IMG/VR virus record: IMGVR_UViG_3300046002_006897
DNA from: an uncultured virus (IMG/VR IMGVR_UViG_3300046002_006897)
Taxonomy: Duplodnaviria; Heunggongvirae; Uroviricota; Caudoviricetes
Strand: one strand, 5' to 3'
Length of the DNA stretch: 64,000 nucleotides
Below, one piece after another: positions 40,360 through 50,910 of the stretch. Position numbers and translations under genes: made by a program. Numbering within the stretch: position 1 is the first letter of the stretch; each line of letters opens with the position of its first letter. Below the pieces are notes generated by a model. It was not told the DNA's origin. It was given only the letters and a program-made list of their open reading frames with translations, and searched no databases.

Positions 40360-41217
40360 GTGAATACTTTTATAGACAATATTATAACCGAGGCAGGAAT
40401 AGACGATAGAATTAACTCCGGCATATTAGACATATACGACCCAGTCCACATTGTGGTATTGATGGAATGTATGATTGACAGAGGAATGGATGAATTAACT
40501 GTCATGGAGGGCGTTGAAGCGATGATGCTAAAAAACGAGGGAAAGTTTCCGGAACGCCAAGCATTTAACAAAGAAGGCTGGTTGGTAACATTTCCGTCGA
40601 TTGAATATAAAAAGGCAGCAATTCAGAAAGGAACTCATTTTGAGTCGGACCCAACTCACGGACAGGGCGGAATGAATCTTTATTATAAGAAACGAGGCAA
40701 ACAAAAGCGCACCAACCAACAAGGACCAAGCGCAACAGAGCCAACCGCCCCGCAAGGCGGAGCCACCCCACCAACAACCCCAGTAAAAGAACCGGCAGCA
40801 GAAAAACAACCGGCAAATATAGGGTCCGCTCCATCTGATAAACCAGCGGTCGTGAAACCGGAACAAAAACCAGCGAGTTCTGGGGCAAATTCGGGAGTTT
40901 CTGATACAATCCCACCGGATGTAACCAAAAACGCTCCCACAGGCAACGGCGGGGCATCTGGTGGGGCATCTGGCGCGACTCCGGGCGCAACTTCCGCCGT
41001 TGGTGCCGGGACAATCCCAACACCTTCCGCCCCAGATTATGTTGCACTGTCGGCCAAATTCGCCCAACAAAAAGGTTGGACCTCTGTTCCGTACGGAGAA
41101 TGGAGAAATCCTATGGGAGAAGCTTCGGCGGTCGTCGGAATGACCGGTGAAATTGTTCCAATAAAGAACGTGGACCGGGAAGAATTTAAAATATTTGCTC
41201 AAAAGAATGGTGCATAA
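40360..41217 (+). CDS. hypothetical protein with Pro/Ala-rich linker
   Basis: 285 aa ORF, GTG start. Confidence 0.6.
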   Translation: MNTFIDNIITEAGIDDRINSGILDIYDPVHIVVLMECMIDRGMDELTVMEGVEAMMLKNEGKFPERQAFNKEGWLVTFPSIEYKKAAIQKGTHFESDPTHGQGGMNLYYKKRGKQKRTNQQGPSATEPTAPQGGATPPTTPVKEPAAEKQPANIGSAPSDKPAVVKPEQKPASSGANSGVSDTIPPDVTKNAPTGNGGASGGASGATPGATSAVGAGTIPTPSAPDYVALSAKFAQQKGWTSVPYGEWRNPMGEASAVVGMTGEIVPIKNVDREEFKIFAQKNGA

Positions 41218-41612
41218 TGCGTGAATATGACACACAGTTGTTGTGTACGTTTGCTACATATCAAACATATTTGCAGGAGGTTCGTGCGTTAGTTCAATAT
41301 TACGATATACCCGAAAATGCCGTGTATGTATTACAGAGCACATTAGATTTTAATGACATATTTTTAACGTTCAATGCAAAACGTGGAAAAATTGAGTTTT
41401 ATCCAAGGACGATGTCAGTGCACCGTAAAAAAGAATATAACGTAATATATTCTATCAATGCACTCAACGAATTGATTAGATCAGAGACCGGCGGAATGTC
41501 TGGTCGAGAATATCAAGTAGACTGGGAACAATACAGAAACTCTTTCATATCCACAAGCGGAGGAAAATTCCGCGTCACCCCCACAAAATTGTTAACAATA
41601 TCTCGACTATAA
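41217..41612 (+). CDS. conserved hypothetical phage protein
   Basis: QLLCTF...HRKKE.N..YSINALN motif; precedes SSB. Confidence 0.65.
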   Translation: MREYDTQLLCTFATYQTYLQEVRALVQYYDIPENAVYVLQSTLDFNDIFLTFNAKRGKIEFYPRTMSVHRKKEYNVIYSINALNELIRSETGGMSGREYQVDWEQYRNSFISTSGGKFRVTPTKLLTISRL

Positions 41613-41812
41613 ACGAGATTTTTTGTTCGATTTTTTGGCGTCTAGATACTTATTAATAACCGAGAAATGCAGTACGGTTGATTAATAAAAAGATTAATCT
41701 TATTATAGATTGACGAATTGCAATTCTTGGTTCATATTACCGGATATTAACTATTTGGTAACTGAAACTAACTAGCTAAATTAAACATTAAACATTAATA
41801 AATAAAAATACT

Positions 41813-42628
41813 ATGGCATTAGACATATCAAAAATTAAAGCTCGCTTGGAGAGCATGAAAGCAAATTCGAACAAATCGACAAGCATCTGGAAGCCAACTC
41901 CGGGAAAAACCACGGTGAGATTTCTTCCTTATACGCACAGTCCGGAATTTCCATTCGTTGAATTATTGTTTCACTACAACTTAAACGGTAAGACATATTT
42001 GAGCCCTACGTCGTTTGGTCGACCGGACCCGATTGTGGAGTTTGCAACTAAACTTAAGAAGAATAGTTCAAGCAAAGAAGAGTGGACCAAAGCTAGGGCG
42101 CTGGACCCAAAACCAAGAACATACGCGCCGATTCTAGTGCGCGGACAAGAAAATGAAGGTGTAAAATTCTGGGGAATGGGCAAGACTGTATATCAATCCG
42201 TACTTGATATCATGAATGACTCCGACTTCGGAGATATTACCGATTTGAATACTGGTCGCGATATTCTTGTAGAATTTAAGACTGCTGCCGAGACTGGTAA
42301 GAGCTTCCCGGAAACAACTGTTCGTCCGAGGGGAAATACAACTCCGGCATTTGCATCGACGGATAAGGTTCTGTTTGAGAAGGTTAAGCATCAACGAAAC
42401 ATTGTGGAACTATTTCCAGAACTGTCGTATGATGAATTGACCGCAGTCATGGATACGTGGGTGAATTCCGTCGAAGGAAATCCGGACGGAGAAGAAGCTC
42501 CCATTCCAACAATCGTTGACGATAGTGAAGCACCAGTGATTGTGAGTTCCACAACAAAGGCATCGGTGAAATCGCCGATATCGCCAACTGCGGCAAAGCA
42601 AGAGTTCGATGACATGTTCAACTCTTAA
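41813..42628 (+). CDS. single-stranded DNA-binding protein (T4 gp32-like)
   Basis: WKP..G...VRFLP, HY, DITD...GRD; acidic C-terminus EFDDMFNS. Confidence 0.8.
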   Translation: MALDISKIKARLESMKANSNKSTSIWKPTPGKTTVRFLPYTHSPEFPFVELLFHYNLNGKTYLSPTSFGRPDPIVEFATKLKKNSSSKEEWTKARALDPKPRTYAPILVRGQENEGVKFWGMGKTVYQSVLDIMNDSDFGDITDLNTGRDILVEFKTAAETGKSFPETTVRPRGNTTPAFASTDKVLFEKVKHQRNIVELFPELSYDELTAVMDTWVNSVEGNPDGEEAPIPTIVDDSEAPVIVSSTTKASVKSPISPTAAKQEFDDMFNS

Positions 42629-42716
42629 AGTTGAATTAGTCTAACTGATAGATAATAAATGATATAATGATGCGCCAGCCAATGCTGGCGTATCTTATAT
42701 TGACCCTTTTACATAT

Positions 42717-43958
42717 ATGGAAAAATTAGAAAAACTTGAAAAGAAGAAACGCGTCGAGGTGGAAATGGATTCACAAGATAATCTTGGTGAAGTCTTAGCC
42801 GAGGCAATTAACAAAGCCCAAGGAGAAAAGGTAGCATTTTTCTTGGACGAGGATGAAGACGCCTCGCAAGTGACGGATTGGATTACAACCGGAAACGATT
42901 TAGTGGATTTGTCCATCGCAAATCGACCAAATGCGGGAATCCCAGTCGGCAGAATAACCGAATTGACTGGCCTCGAAGGCTCTGGAAAGAGTTTGATGGC
43001 CGCTCATATAATAAAAGCTACCCAACAAAAAGGCGGAATGGCTGTTTTATTTGACACCGAATGCGCAATTGAAAGAAATTGGTTGGCCGGAATTGGTGTA
43101 GACGTCAGCAAGGGAAACTTGATGATTGTAAACATGAATATTCTAGAACACATATTCGACTCAATTGAGCAAATTATTGTGGGAGTCCGCAAGGCGAATA
43201 AAAACAGATTAGTGACGATTATTGTGGATAGCATCGCGGCCACGTCTACGTTGAAAGAAATGGCGGCGGACCACGGTGTAGATGGATACGCCACAGGTAA
43301 AGCTATCATCACCAGCAAGGCAATGCGAAAAATTACACAATTGATTGCAAAGCAACGAGTATGTCTAATATTTGCAAATCAACTTCGCCAAAAAATTGGG
43401 TTTGTTGGCCTCGGAGATCCGTGGACAACCAGCGGAGGAAAAGCACTCGCATACCACGCATCGCTTAGATTGCGGCTCAAGCCGGTGGGACAAATCAAGA
43501 CTGCTGACAAAAATGTCGTTGGCGTGAAGACAAAATGTACGGTGATAAAAAACCGCATGGGACCGCCACTGAAAAGCGTCGAGTTCAACATTTTCTTCGA
43601 CCGTGGTATCGACAATTATGGAAATTGGCTTGAAAAATTGCTCGAATGGGATGTAATCACGAACGCGAAGAAGGAAAAGAGCGACGTGAAAAAGTCCAAG
43701 AAGGAAAAAGACGCAGAGAAAGAGGAAGATAAGAAAGCGAAAAGTCTTCAATTCATCATGACAGTCGAGGGCAAAGAGCCCGAGACTGTGGTGTTTGAAA
43801 AGAAAGAATTCACTAAATTGATAGCCGACAGACAGGAATGTAGAGATTATCTATATACCAAGCTGTGCGATGAGTTTATTATGAAATATAGAACTCCGTC
43901 TGGCGACGCTGGCGATGACATCGAAATTGATGCTGTTGGCGAGGGTATGGACGAATAA
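42717..43958 (+). CDS. uvsX: RecA/UvsX recombinase
   Basis: GRITELTGLEGSGKS Walker A; IIVDSIAA; NQLRQKIG; TTSGGKALAYHASLRL. Confidence 0.95.
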   Translation: MEKLEKLEKKKRVEVEMDSQDNLGEVLAEAINKAQGEKVAFFLDEDEDASQVTDWITTGNDLVDLSIANRPNAGIPVGRITELTGLEGSGKSLMAAHIIKATQQKGGMAVLFDTECAIERNWLAGIGVDVSKGNLMIVNMNILEHIFDSIEQIIVGVRKANKNRLVTIIVDSIAATSTLKEMAADHGVDGYATGKAIITSKAMRKITQLIAKQRVCLIFANQLRQKIGFVGLGDPWTTSGGKALAYHASLRLRLKPVGQIKTADKNVVGVKTKCTVIKNRMGPPLKSVEFNIFFDRGIDNYGNWLEKLLEWDVITNAKKEKSDVKKSKKEKDAEKEEDKKAKSLQFIMTVEGKEPETVVFEKKEFTKLIADRQECRDYLYTKLCDEFIMKYRTPSGDAGDDIEIDAVGEGMDE

Positions 43959-44003
43959 AAATTAATCGCGTGGAGTGAAATACCTCCACGCGGTTCTCAT
44001 TAC

Positions 44004-45068
44004 ATGGAAAACGATACTAAGAAAAAATTTACGTCTCTATTTGCTCAAATAAAAGAGGAGCACGCCACGGCTGTAATCACACCGAGGACTAAAAATAGTG
44101 ACATACTGGTTATTGATGGTACCAATAATTTTATACGCACTTGGTCGGTAGTCCCAACTCTTAACGATAACGGAGAACACGTCGGCGGAGTGAGTGGGTT
44201 TTTAACTACAATCGGACATGCGATTAAATTACTAACTCCCACGAAGGTCATTATTGTTTTTGATGGAAAGGGCGGGTCGCAGAGAAGAAAGAAACTATAT
44301 CCGGACTACAAGAATAAACGGGCAATGAAAGTCCGAGTGAATCGAGCATACGAGGAAATGAGCGACCCACAGACCGAACAGGATTCTATGATAAATCAAC
44401 TCATGATGCTCATTGACTATTTAAAGTCTTTGCCGGTGAGTGTGGTAGCTATAGATTATATAGAAGCCGACGACACGATTGGATTTATCGCGACTCAAAT
44501 GTATCCTACGTCACGAATCACAATCATGAGCGCAGACAAGGATTTCTTACAACTGGTAAATGACCGAGTGTCCATTTGGAGCCCCACAAAAAAGAAATTG
44601 TACGGAGTTCAAGACGTAATAAATGAATACGGAATACACCCAATAAACTTCATATACTACAGAATCCTCGAAGGAGATACATCGGATAATATAGGAGGTG
44701 TTAAAGGTATCGGACTAATAACAGCAAAAAAGAGATTTCCTGTCCTACTGGACAGCAAAGAAACTTCCGTTGATGCCATCCTGACTATCGCCAAGGAACG
44801 GGTGAATGAGAGTAAAGTATTCTCAACCGTAGCAGACAGTGCCGATATCTTGGACAGAAATTACAACCTGATGCAATTAAAGACACCGAGTTTTTCTCCG
44901 ACGTTACAACTGAAAATTTTCGACACCGTAGACAACGTTAACAAATATAATAAGCTAGAATTTATGCAGAAGATAGCAATGCGTAAAATGCAAGCGAGCA
45001 TCCCAAATTATCTAGCGTGGGTAAATGAAGTATTCAACCCACTATCAGTATTTTCAACGTCAGAATAA
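44004..45068 (+). CDS. 5'-3' exonuclease / T4 RNase H-like flap endonuclease
   Basis: IDGTN, VFDGKGGS.RR...YPDYK..R, EADD.IG, SADKDFLQL, GDTSDNI.GVKGIG. Confidence 0.9.
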   Translation: MENDTKKKFTSLFAQIKEEHATAVITPRTKNSDILVIDGTNNFIRTWSVVPTLNDNGEHVGGVSGFLTTIGHAIKLLTPTKVIIVFDGKGGSQRRKKLYPDYKNKRAMKVRVNRAYEEMSDPQTEQDSMINQLMMLIDYLKSLPVSVVAIDYIEADDTIGFIATQMYPTSRITIMSADKDFLQLVNDRVSIWSPTKKKLYGVQDVINEYGIHPINFIYYRILEGDTSDNIGGVKGIGLITAKKRFPVLLDSKETSVDAILTIAKERVNESKVFSTVADSADILDRNYNLMQLKTPSFSPTLQLKIFDTVDNVNKYNKLEFMQKIAMRKMQASIPNYLAWVNEVFNPLSVFSTSE

Positions 45069-45069
45069 T

Positions 45070-45864
45070 ATGAAAGCATTCGTAAAAACAAACAACGGCA
45101 CATTTCCAAACATCAATTTTTATTGTGCGTGGGAAGCATTTAACACACTGGGATATGACGTTGTTTGTTTTGAAGAAAAGGATTTGGATAAACTTGATAT
45201 AACTATACACACACCCCTGTTCGCCGGAGTGACAGTATTTCGCAAGGCGATTGACAAACTTGGTGTGAATTATCCACCGTTTGATTGCTATCCAGAGGTG
45301 TTAAATCCGCACTACGCCAGAAAAATTGAAAAAAGTACACTCGGAGAAGTGCGGGCAAAGTTTAATGATGACGAGATCCCGGTATTTGTAAAACCAATCA
45401 AGCCGAAAGAATTCAATGGTGTGGTATTAAAGTCGATGTTAGATTTACTTCCAATTTACACCAAGAAGGACGATGTGCCTGTTTATGTTTCTGACCCAAT
45501 TGACATTGTGTCCGAATTTCGTGTTTATGTCATGGAAGGCGAGATTCTAGCGGTTAAGCATTATTATGGCGAGTGGCAAATAGTACCAGACATAAATTTT
45601 GTGGAAGAAGTCGTAAGAAATTACAAGCCAAGTCCCGTAGCATACGGGGTAGACGTTGGTGTAACCAACAATGGCCAAAATTTTGTTATAGAGGCTAATG
45701 ATGGATGCAACTTGGGCAATTACGGCTTAGATTCTATACATTATGGTGAGATGATTATTGCCAGATGGGTAGAAATAGTCGGCGGAGGAAATAATAAGTC
45801 CGACGGCTTGAAGAATTTAATGCAAGCCAGAGCGGAAGAGATTAGAAAAAGTCTCCACCGATAA
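45070..45864 (+). CDS. ATP-grasp domain protein (R2K/DUF4343-like)
   Basis: YPE.L, FVKP...K.F.G.V, SEFRVYV, DVGV...IEAND; start at ATG 45070. Confidence 0.7.
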   Translation: MKAFVKTNNGTFPNINFYCAWEAFNTLGYDVVCFEEKDLDKLDITIHTPLFAGVTVFRKAIDKLGVNYPPFDCYPEVLNPHYARKIEKSTLGEVRAKFNDDEIPVFVKPIKPKEFNGVVLKSMLDLLPIYTKKDDVPVYVSDPIDIVSEFRVYVMEGEILAVKHYYGEWQIVPDINFVEEVVRNYKPSPVAYGVDVGVTNNGQNFVIEANDGCNLGNYGLDSIHYGEMIIARWVEIVGGGNNKSDGLKNLMQARAEEIRKSLHR

Positions 45865-45881
45865 CGTTTAGTATTTATCAT

Positions 45882-45909
45882 TTGACTATGCCCAGATATC
45901 GGGTAAGAT
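45882..45909 (+). promoter_or_regulatory. sigma70-type promoter for helicase
   Basis: TTGACT-N16-TAAGAT. Confidence 0.55.
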
Positions 45910-45926
45910 AGAGCCATCAACTTATT

Positions 45927-47324
45927 ATGGCACCAGTAATCATCGACAATCTGCACAAGTTTGGCTTGGAATTCCAAGTAAAAATCATAGCAGGAATATT
46001 AACCGACAAAGTTTTTTTGGAGCGCGTCGTTGACATCATAGATGTCGAAGCGTTCGAAAACGAATCCCATCGCTGGATTCTAAAAGAAATTATTCAATAT
46101 CATATACAATACAAGGATTTGCCGACATTCCAAGTTTTCAAGGTTCGCATTGTAACCATAGAGAACGAGGAATTCAAGGCCGCTATCACGGAACAACTTA
46201 GGTCCGTGCACGCGAAGATTTCTGAAAAAGATTTGCAATTCGTGAGAGAACAATTTTTGGAATTTTGCAAAAATCAAAAATTGAAGAGTGCCATCATGGA
46301 CTCCGTTGACCACTTGAAGAGTGGTGAATACGAAAAGATTAAGTCCCTAGTTGACGGCGCAATGAAAGCGGGCATGGAACGAAACCTTGGCCATAATTAT
46401 CACGTCGATATAGCAACGCGCATGAGTGAAATGTGCCGAAAAACTATTTCTACGGGATGGGCACCGGTTGATAAATTGTTGGATGGTGGACTCGGGCCGG
46501 GAGAACTTGGCATTGTAGTTGCCCCTGCTGGTATTGGCAAATCTTGGCTGTTGTGCTCACTCGGAGCCCGCGCCATGAAACAAGGCAAAAATATTGCACA
46601 TTTCACCTTAGAGTTAAATGAAAATTATGTTGGCCTTCGGTATGACTGCTGCTTCACGGGAATCAACTTCCAAGAGATTAAATATAAACAGGACGAGGTT
46701 GCCGAAAAAATCAAGGGAATCAAAGGTAAACTATTTGTCAAATATTTCCCTCTTAAAACGGTAAGTGCACAATCACTCAAATTCCATGTAGAAAGAATAC
46801 AGGTATTAGAGGGAATCCGCATTGATGAAATGATCGTGGATTACGCCGACATTCTTCGACCAATTGAGAAAGAAAAGAACAGCAACAGTTATTCTGAGGC
46901 CGGTGGTATATACGAAGAATTGCGCCAAGCGGCTGGAGAATTACAGATTCCGGTTTGGACAGCATCTCAGACCAATCGTGGCGGTGGCCAAGAGGACGTC
47001 GTTCAAGCTCACAACATCGCGGACAGTTATAGAAAGATTATGACTGCGGACTTTGTCATCAGCGTTTCGAGAAATGTGCAGGATAAAGCAAATAATACCG
47101 CCCGGTGCCATATTATAAAAAACCGATTTGGTCCGGATGGAATTACACTTTATGCCAAAATGGACACTGGAAACGGCCAGATTGATTTATTTGACGCGGA
47201 TTCAAAAGAATCCACGGGAATTAAATCTATTATGGAAGGCGATGAAAATACCGTGAAAAGTTCATTGAAGGCGAAGTGGAATGCATCGCGCCAAAAGCAA
47301 AATGGAGAAAACGCAGATTTATAA
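45927..47324 (+). CDS. replicative DnaB-like helicase (T4 gp41-like)
   Basis: APAGIGKS Walker A; TLEL; IVDYAD; WTASQTNR; KNRFG. Confidence 0.92.
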   Translation: MAPVIIDNLHKFGLEFQVKIIAGILTDKVFLERVVDIIDVEAFENESHRWILKEIIQYHIQYKDLPTFQVFKVRIVTIENEEFKAAITEQLRSVHAKISEKDLQFVREQFLEFCKNQKLKSAIMDSVDHLKSGEYEKIKSLVDGAMKAGMERNLGHNYHVDIATRMSEMCRKTISTGWAPVDKLLDGGLGPGELGIVVAPAGIGKSWLLCSLGARAMKQGKNIAHFTLELNENYVGLRYDCCFTGINFQEIKYKQDEVAEKIKGIKGKLFVKYFPLKTVSAQSLKFHVERIQVLEGIRIDEMIVDYADILRPIEKEKNSNSYSEAGGIYEELRQAAGELQIPVWTASQTNRGGGQEDVVQAHNIADSYRKIMTADFVISVSRNVQDKANNTARCHIIKNRFGPDGITLYAKMDTGNGQIDLFDADSKESTGIKSIMEGDENTVKSSLKAKWNASRQKQNGENADL

Positions 47325-47405
47325 GAAAAAATTAAAAAATATATTTTCCAATTTTATTTTTTTAATAACTACTTATTTTCACCTTTAAATACAAAAAACT
47401 TTAAC

Positions 47406-48380
47406 ATGACAATTTTTGACGAACAAATCGCACGCAAACCGAACCGCTATCCTTGGGCACAAGAATACATAGACGCCATGTGGGCTGGACATTGGACTCC
47501 AAACGAGTTCACTTTTACGTCCGACTTGCAACAATATAAAACAGAAATGACCGCACAAGAGCAGTTGATTATTAAAAATGCTCTGAGCGCAATTGGACAA
47601 ATTGAGATATCAGTAAAGAAGTTTTGGGCCAAATTGGGCGATGTATTACCACATCCAGCCATGAGCGATTTGGGAATAACGATGGCAAACATCGAAGTTA
47701 TTCACAATAATGCGTACGAAAAACTACTCGAAGTGCTGCAAATGCAAGACGTATTTGAAGAAAACTTAAAACTTGATATTATTCAAGGGCGTGTCAAATA
47801 TTTGCGCAAATATTTAGACAAGAATTACACAGATTCTCGTAAACAGTATATATATTCGCTGACTCTTTTTACGCTATATGTAGAAAACGTATCTCTATTT
47901 AGTCAATTTTATATTATTAATTGGTTTAATCGTTATAAAGGTCTACTAAAAGATACAGCACAACAAGTTGCATATACAGCAAAAGAAGAAACACTTCATG
48001 GTCTTGCTGGTGTAAAAATTATAAATACAATTCGACAAGAATTGCCGGAGTTATTTGACGCGGAACTTGAAGCTCGTATTTTACACGAAGCAGAAGAATC
48101 ATACAATGCCGAATCAAAATTGATAGATTGGATGATTGGAGATTATAAAGACGACAAAATTAGTGCCGATATTCTTAAAGGATACGTACAAAGAAGATTG
48201 AACGACTCGCTAGAAATGATTGGCTTCAAGAAAATTTTTGATGTACCGCAAGAAATTATTGAGTTGACTATGTGGATGGATGAGGATGTAATGGGAAACA
48301 CTATGACGGATTTCTTTCACAAGCGTCCCGTAGAGTATTCCAAAAAAACGCAATCAATACAAGCAACCGATTTATTTTAA
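47406..48380 (+). CDS. nrdB: ribonucleotide reductase beta subunit (class Id-like signature)
   Basis: W...EF....D, QIEISVKKFW, EVIHNNAY, ENVSLFSQF, EE.LHG, DFF..RPVEY. Confidence 0.92.
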   Translation: MTIFDEQIARKPNRYPWAQEYIDAMWAGHWTPNEFTFTSDLQQYKTEMTAQEQLIIKNALSAIGQIEISVKKFWAKLGDVLPHPAMSDLGITMANIEVIHNNAYEKLLEVLQMQDVFEENLKLDIIQGRVKYLRKYLDKNYTDSRKQYIYSLTLFTLYVENVSLFSQFYIINWFNRYKGLLKDTAQQVAYTAKEETLHGLAGVKIINTIRQELPELFDAELEARILHEAEESYNAESKLIDWMIGDYKDDKISADILKGYVQRRLNDSLEMIGFKKIFDVPQEIIELTMWMDEDVMGNTMTDFFHKRPVEYSKKTQSIQATDLF

Positions 48381-48385
48381 TATAT

Positions 48386-50035
48386 ATGAGCAAGGATATT
48401 TACTGGTTAAACAAAGATTCTGTCACATTTCTTGAACGAGGATATCTTCCCAAAGGCCAAACCGCCGAGGAAAGAATTCACGAAATCGCAAAAGCGGCAG
48501 AAAAAATTCTAAAGAAAAAAGGATTTTCCGACAAGTTCGAGGCATATATGCATAAGGGATGGTATAGTTTATCATCTCCGATATGGGCAAATTTTGGAAA
48601 TGGTCGCGGATTGTCTATTTCGTGTAACGGTTCATATGTGTCTGACACAATGACTTCTATTCTGGAAAAAACTGCCGAGGTTGGTATGCTCACAAAGTAC
48701 GGTGCCGGTACCTCTGGATACTTTGGAGAACTGCGTGCAAGAGGCACTCCAATTAGCGTTGGAGGAACCAGTTCCGGTCCTGTTCATTTCATGGAAATGT
48801 TTGATAGCGTGACGAGAGTGGTTTCACAATCAAACGTTCGTCGCGGTTCATTTGCAGCATATATGCCGATTGACCACCCGGATATTATGGAATTCCTTGG
48901 TATTCGCGAAGAAGGTCATGCTATTCAAGATTTGAGCATTGGCGTTTGCGTAAGCAATAAGTTCATGCGCAAGATGATTGATGGGGACAAGGATGCTCGG
49001 GGTGTTTGGGCCAAGGTTCTTAAGAAACGGTTCGAGTCTGGATATCCTTACATTTTCTTTAGTGACAACGTAAATGATAATGCTCCTCAAGTATACAAGG
49101 ACAAGAAGATGAAGATATATGCTTCCAATCTTTGTTCCGAAATCTGCTTGAGTTCTTCACCAGATGAAACATTTGTTTGTAATCTATCGTCTATGAACCT
49201 GCTTCATTATGACGATTGGAAGACAACGGATGCAGTCGAAACACTGACATACTTCCTCGATGCTGTGATGGAAGATTATATTCATGCAACTGAAAATATT
49301 CCATTCCTCAAGGCCGCTCATAATTTTGCTAAAAATCAACGTGCTCTTGGTATTGGCGTATTGGGTTGGCATTCTTATCTACAAAGCAAGATGATTGCTT
49401 TTGAGAGTATGGAATCCAAAATGCTCAACACCCAAATACATCGCGTTATTCGAGACAAGAGTATTGCTGCAAGTAAAGAAATGGCAAAGGAATATGGAGA
49501 ACCGACATTGTTGAAGGGCTACGGATTGAGAAATGTCACTACGATGGCGATTGCTCCAACTACGAGCAGCTCATTTATATTGGGTCAAGTATCTCCTTCG
49601 GTCGAACCGCTTAACAGCAATTATTATACAAAAGATTTGGCTAAAGGCAAGTTCACTTATCGTAATCCATATCTTGAAAATGTATTGGAAAAGCATAATA
49701 AGAACACTCAAGAAGTGTGGAAGACTATTTTGCATAAGGGAGGAAGCGTCCAACATCTTGAGTTCTTGAGCGACCACGAAAAAGAAGTATTTAAGACTTT
49801 CGGTGAAATTTCACAAAAAGAAATTATAATTCAAGCGGCATCACGACAAAAGTATATCGACCAAGGGCAAAGCATAAATTTGCAAATTCATCCAAAAACA
49901 TCTGTGAAGGATGTAAATCAACTAATGATTTTTGCTTGGGAACAGGGCGTAAAGTGCCTTTATTATCAACGAGGAACCAATCCTGCCCAAGAATTGGGGA
50001 GAAGTATCTTAGACTGTAAGAGTTGTGAAGCTTAA
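48386..50035 (+). CDS. nrdA: ribonucleotide reductase alpha subunit (short, no ATP-cone)
   Basis: ISCN, RRGS.A.Y, SNLCSEI, CNLSS, APTTSSS, LYYQR, C-terminal CKSCEA. Confidence 0.95.
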   Translation: MSKDIYWLNKDSVTFLERGYLPKGQTAEERIHEIAKAAEKILKKKGFSDKFEAYMHKGWYSLSSPIWANFGNGRGLSISCNGSYVSDTMTSILEKTAEVGMLTKYGAGTSGYFGELRARGTPISVGGTSSGPVHFMEMFDSVTRVVSQSNVRRGSFAAYMPIDHPDIMEFLGIREEGHAIQDLSIGVCVSNKFMRKMIDGDKDARGVWAKVLKKRFESGYPYIFFSDNVNDNAPQVYKDKKMKIYASNLCSEICLSSSPDETFVCNLSSMNLLHYDDWKTTDAVETLTYFLDAVMEDYIHATENIPFLKAAHNFAKNQRALGIGVLGWHSYLQSKMIAFESMESKMLNTQIHRVIRDKSIAASKEMAKEYGEPTLLKGYGLRNVTTMAIAPTTSSSFILGQVSPSVEPLNSNYYTKDLAKGKFTYRNPYLENVLEKHNKNTQEVWKTILHKGGSVQHLEFLSDHEKEVFKTFGEISQKEIIIQAASRQKYIDQGQSINLQIHPKTSVKDVNQLMIFAWEQGVKCLYYQRGTNPAQELGRSILDCKSCEA

Positions 50036-50053
50036 ATACTATAAAAACATCAC

Positions 50054-50080
50054 AAACCGCCGATAACTCGGCGGTTTTTT
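50054..50080 (+). terminator. intrinsic terminator after nrdA
   Basis: aaaccgccga-taac-tcggcggttt + T-run. Confidence 0.85.
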
Positions 50081-50199
50081 GTTTCTCATTATTTTAAGGA
50101 AACTCCCCGGTATTATATGATTTTTAATAGTATTTAGTATAAATTTATAAGCGAAATTGAGAGTTAGGAACTATTTATATACTAAACGTATATACACTT

Positions 50200-50907
50200 A
50201 TGAATAGAGACGAATTAAAACAAGCCATCAAAAAGATTATATTACAAGAAATCACCAATAATCAGTTTGGTACTCCAAACCACGCCGACGATGTAGAAGG
50301 CGCGAAAGCGGTCGATAAGCTAATAGGCAAAGATGGTAAGACCATAAGTTCTCCGGGGACCGGTAAGGTTGTTGGCGATAAGAAGAATCATAATGTAGCA
50401 TTTTCTCGTCAGAGCGATGATAACTACGACGTAGTGTCAATCACAAATGGGTCGGATAGAAAAACCGCTAAAGGATTGACGTTGGACAATGCGGTCAAGT
50501 TTGCTAAAGACCACGCGGATACATCCGACACCTCATACGTTGAAAAAGCCCGCGCCAAGTCTATAAACTCCGGCAAAGAAATAAAACCGGAAAACCGCGA
50601 TTCCAAGGTCGAAGACACGATGGAAGAGACTGATGAAGATACACAGAAAGATATTGCGGACGACAATGACAAGAAAGCGGAGGAGAAAGTTGATAAAGAT
50701 TTGGCTCCGGTAAATTCAGATGTAGCTAGCCAGATGGGTGGAGCATTGGTGGATAAGATTGAAAAAATTATTGACCGAGTCCTTAAAGGAAAAGACAAAG
50801 TGGAGCCAAAGACGGCGTATTTAAAAACCGACTCTAAAATGGAAAGTCCTGACAAATTAACTGTCAAAGACAAGGGAACCCCTGCATTTAAAGAAAAAAA
50901 GAAATAA
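50200..50907 (+). CDS. hypothetical acidic/Lys-rich protein with shared N-terminal helix
   Basis: MNRDELKQAIKKIILQEI; TATTTATA upstream. Confidence 0.6.
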   Translation: MNRDELKQAIKKIILQEITNNQFGTPNHADDVEGAKAVDKLIGKDGKTISSPGTGKVVGDKKNHNVAFSRQSDDNYDVVSITNGSDRKTAKGLTLDNAVKFAKDHADTSDTSYVEKARAKSINSGKEIKPENRDSKVEDTMEETDEDTQKDIADDNDKKAEEKVDKDLAPVNSDVASQMGGALVDKIEKIIDRVLKGKDKVEPKTAYLKTDSKMESPDKLTVKDKGTPAFKEKKK

Positions 50908-50910
50908 CAT

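Noticed and set aside
42717..50035. Introns or inteins in uvsX, helicase, nrdA or nrdB
   Set aside because: ORFs are uninterrupted and of normal or short length. The Lys/Glu-rich stretch near the UvsX C-terminus has no intein motifs.
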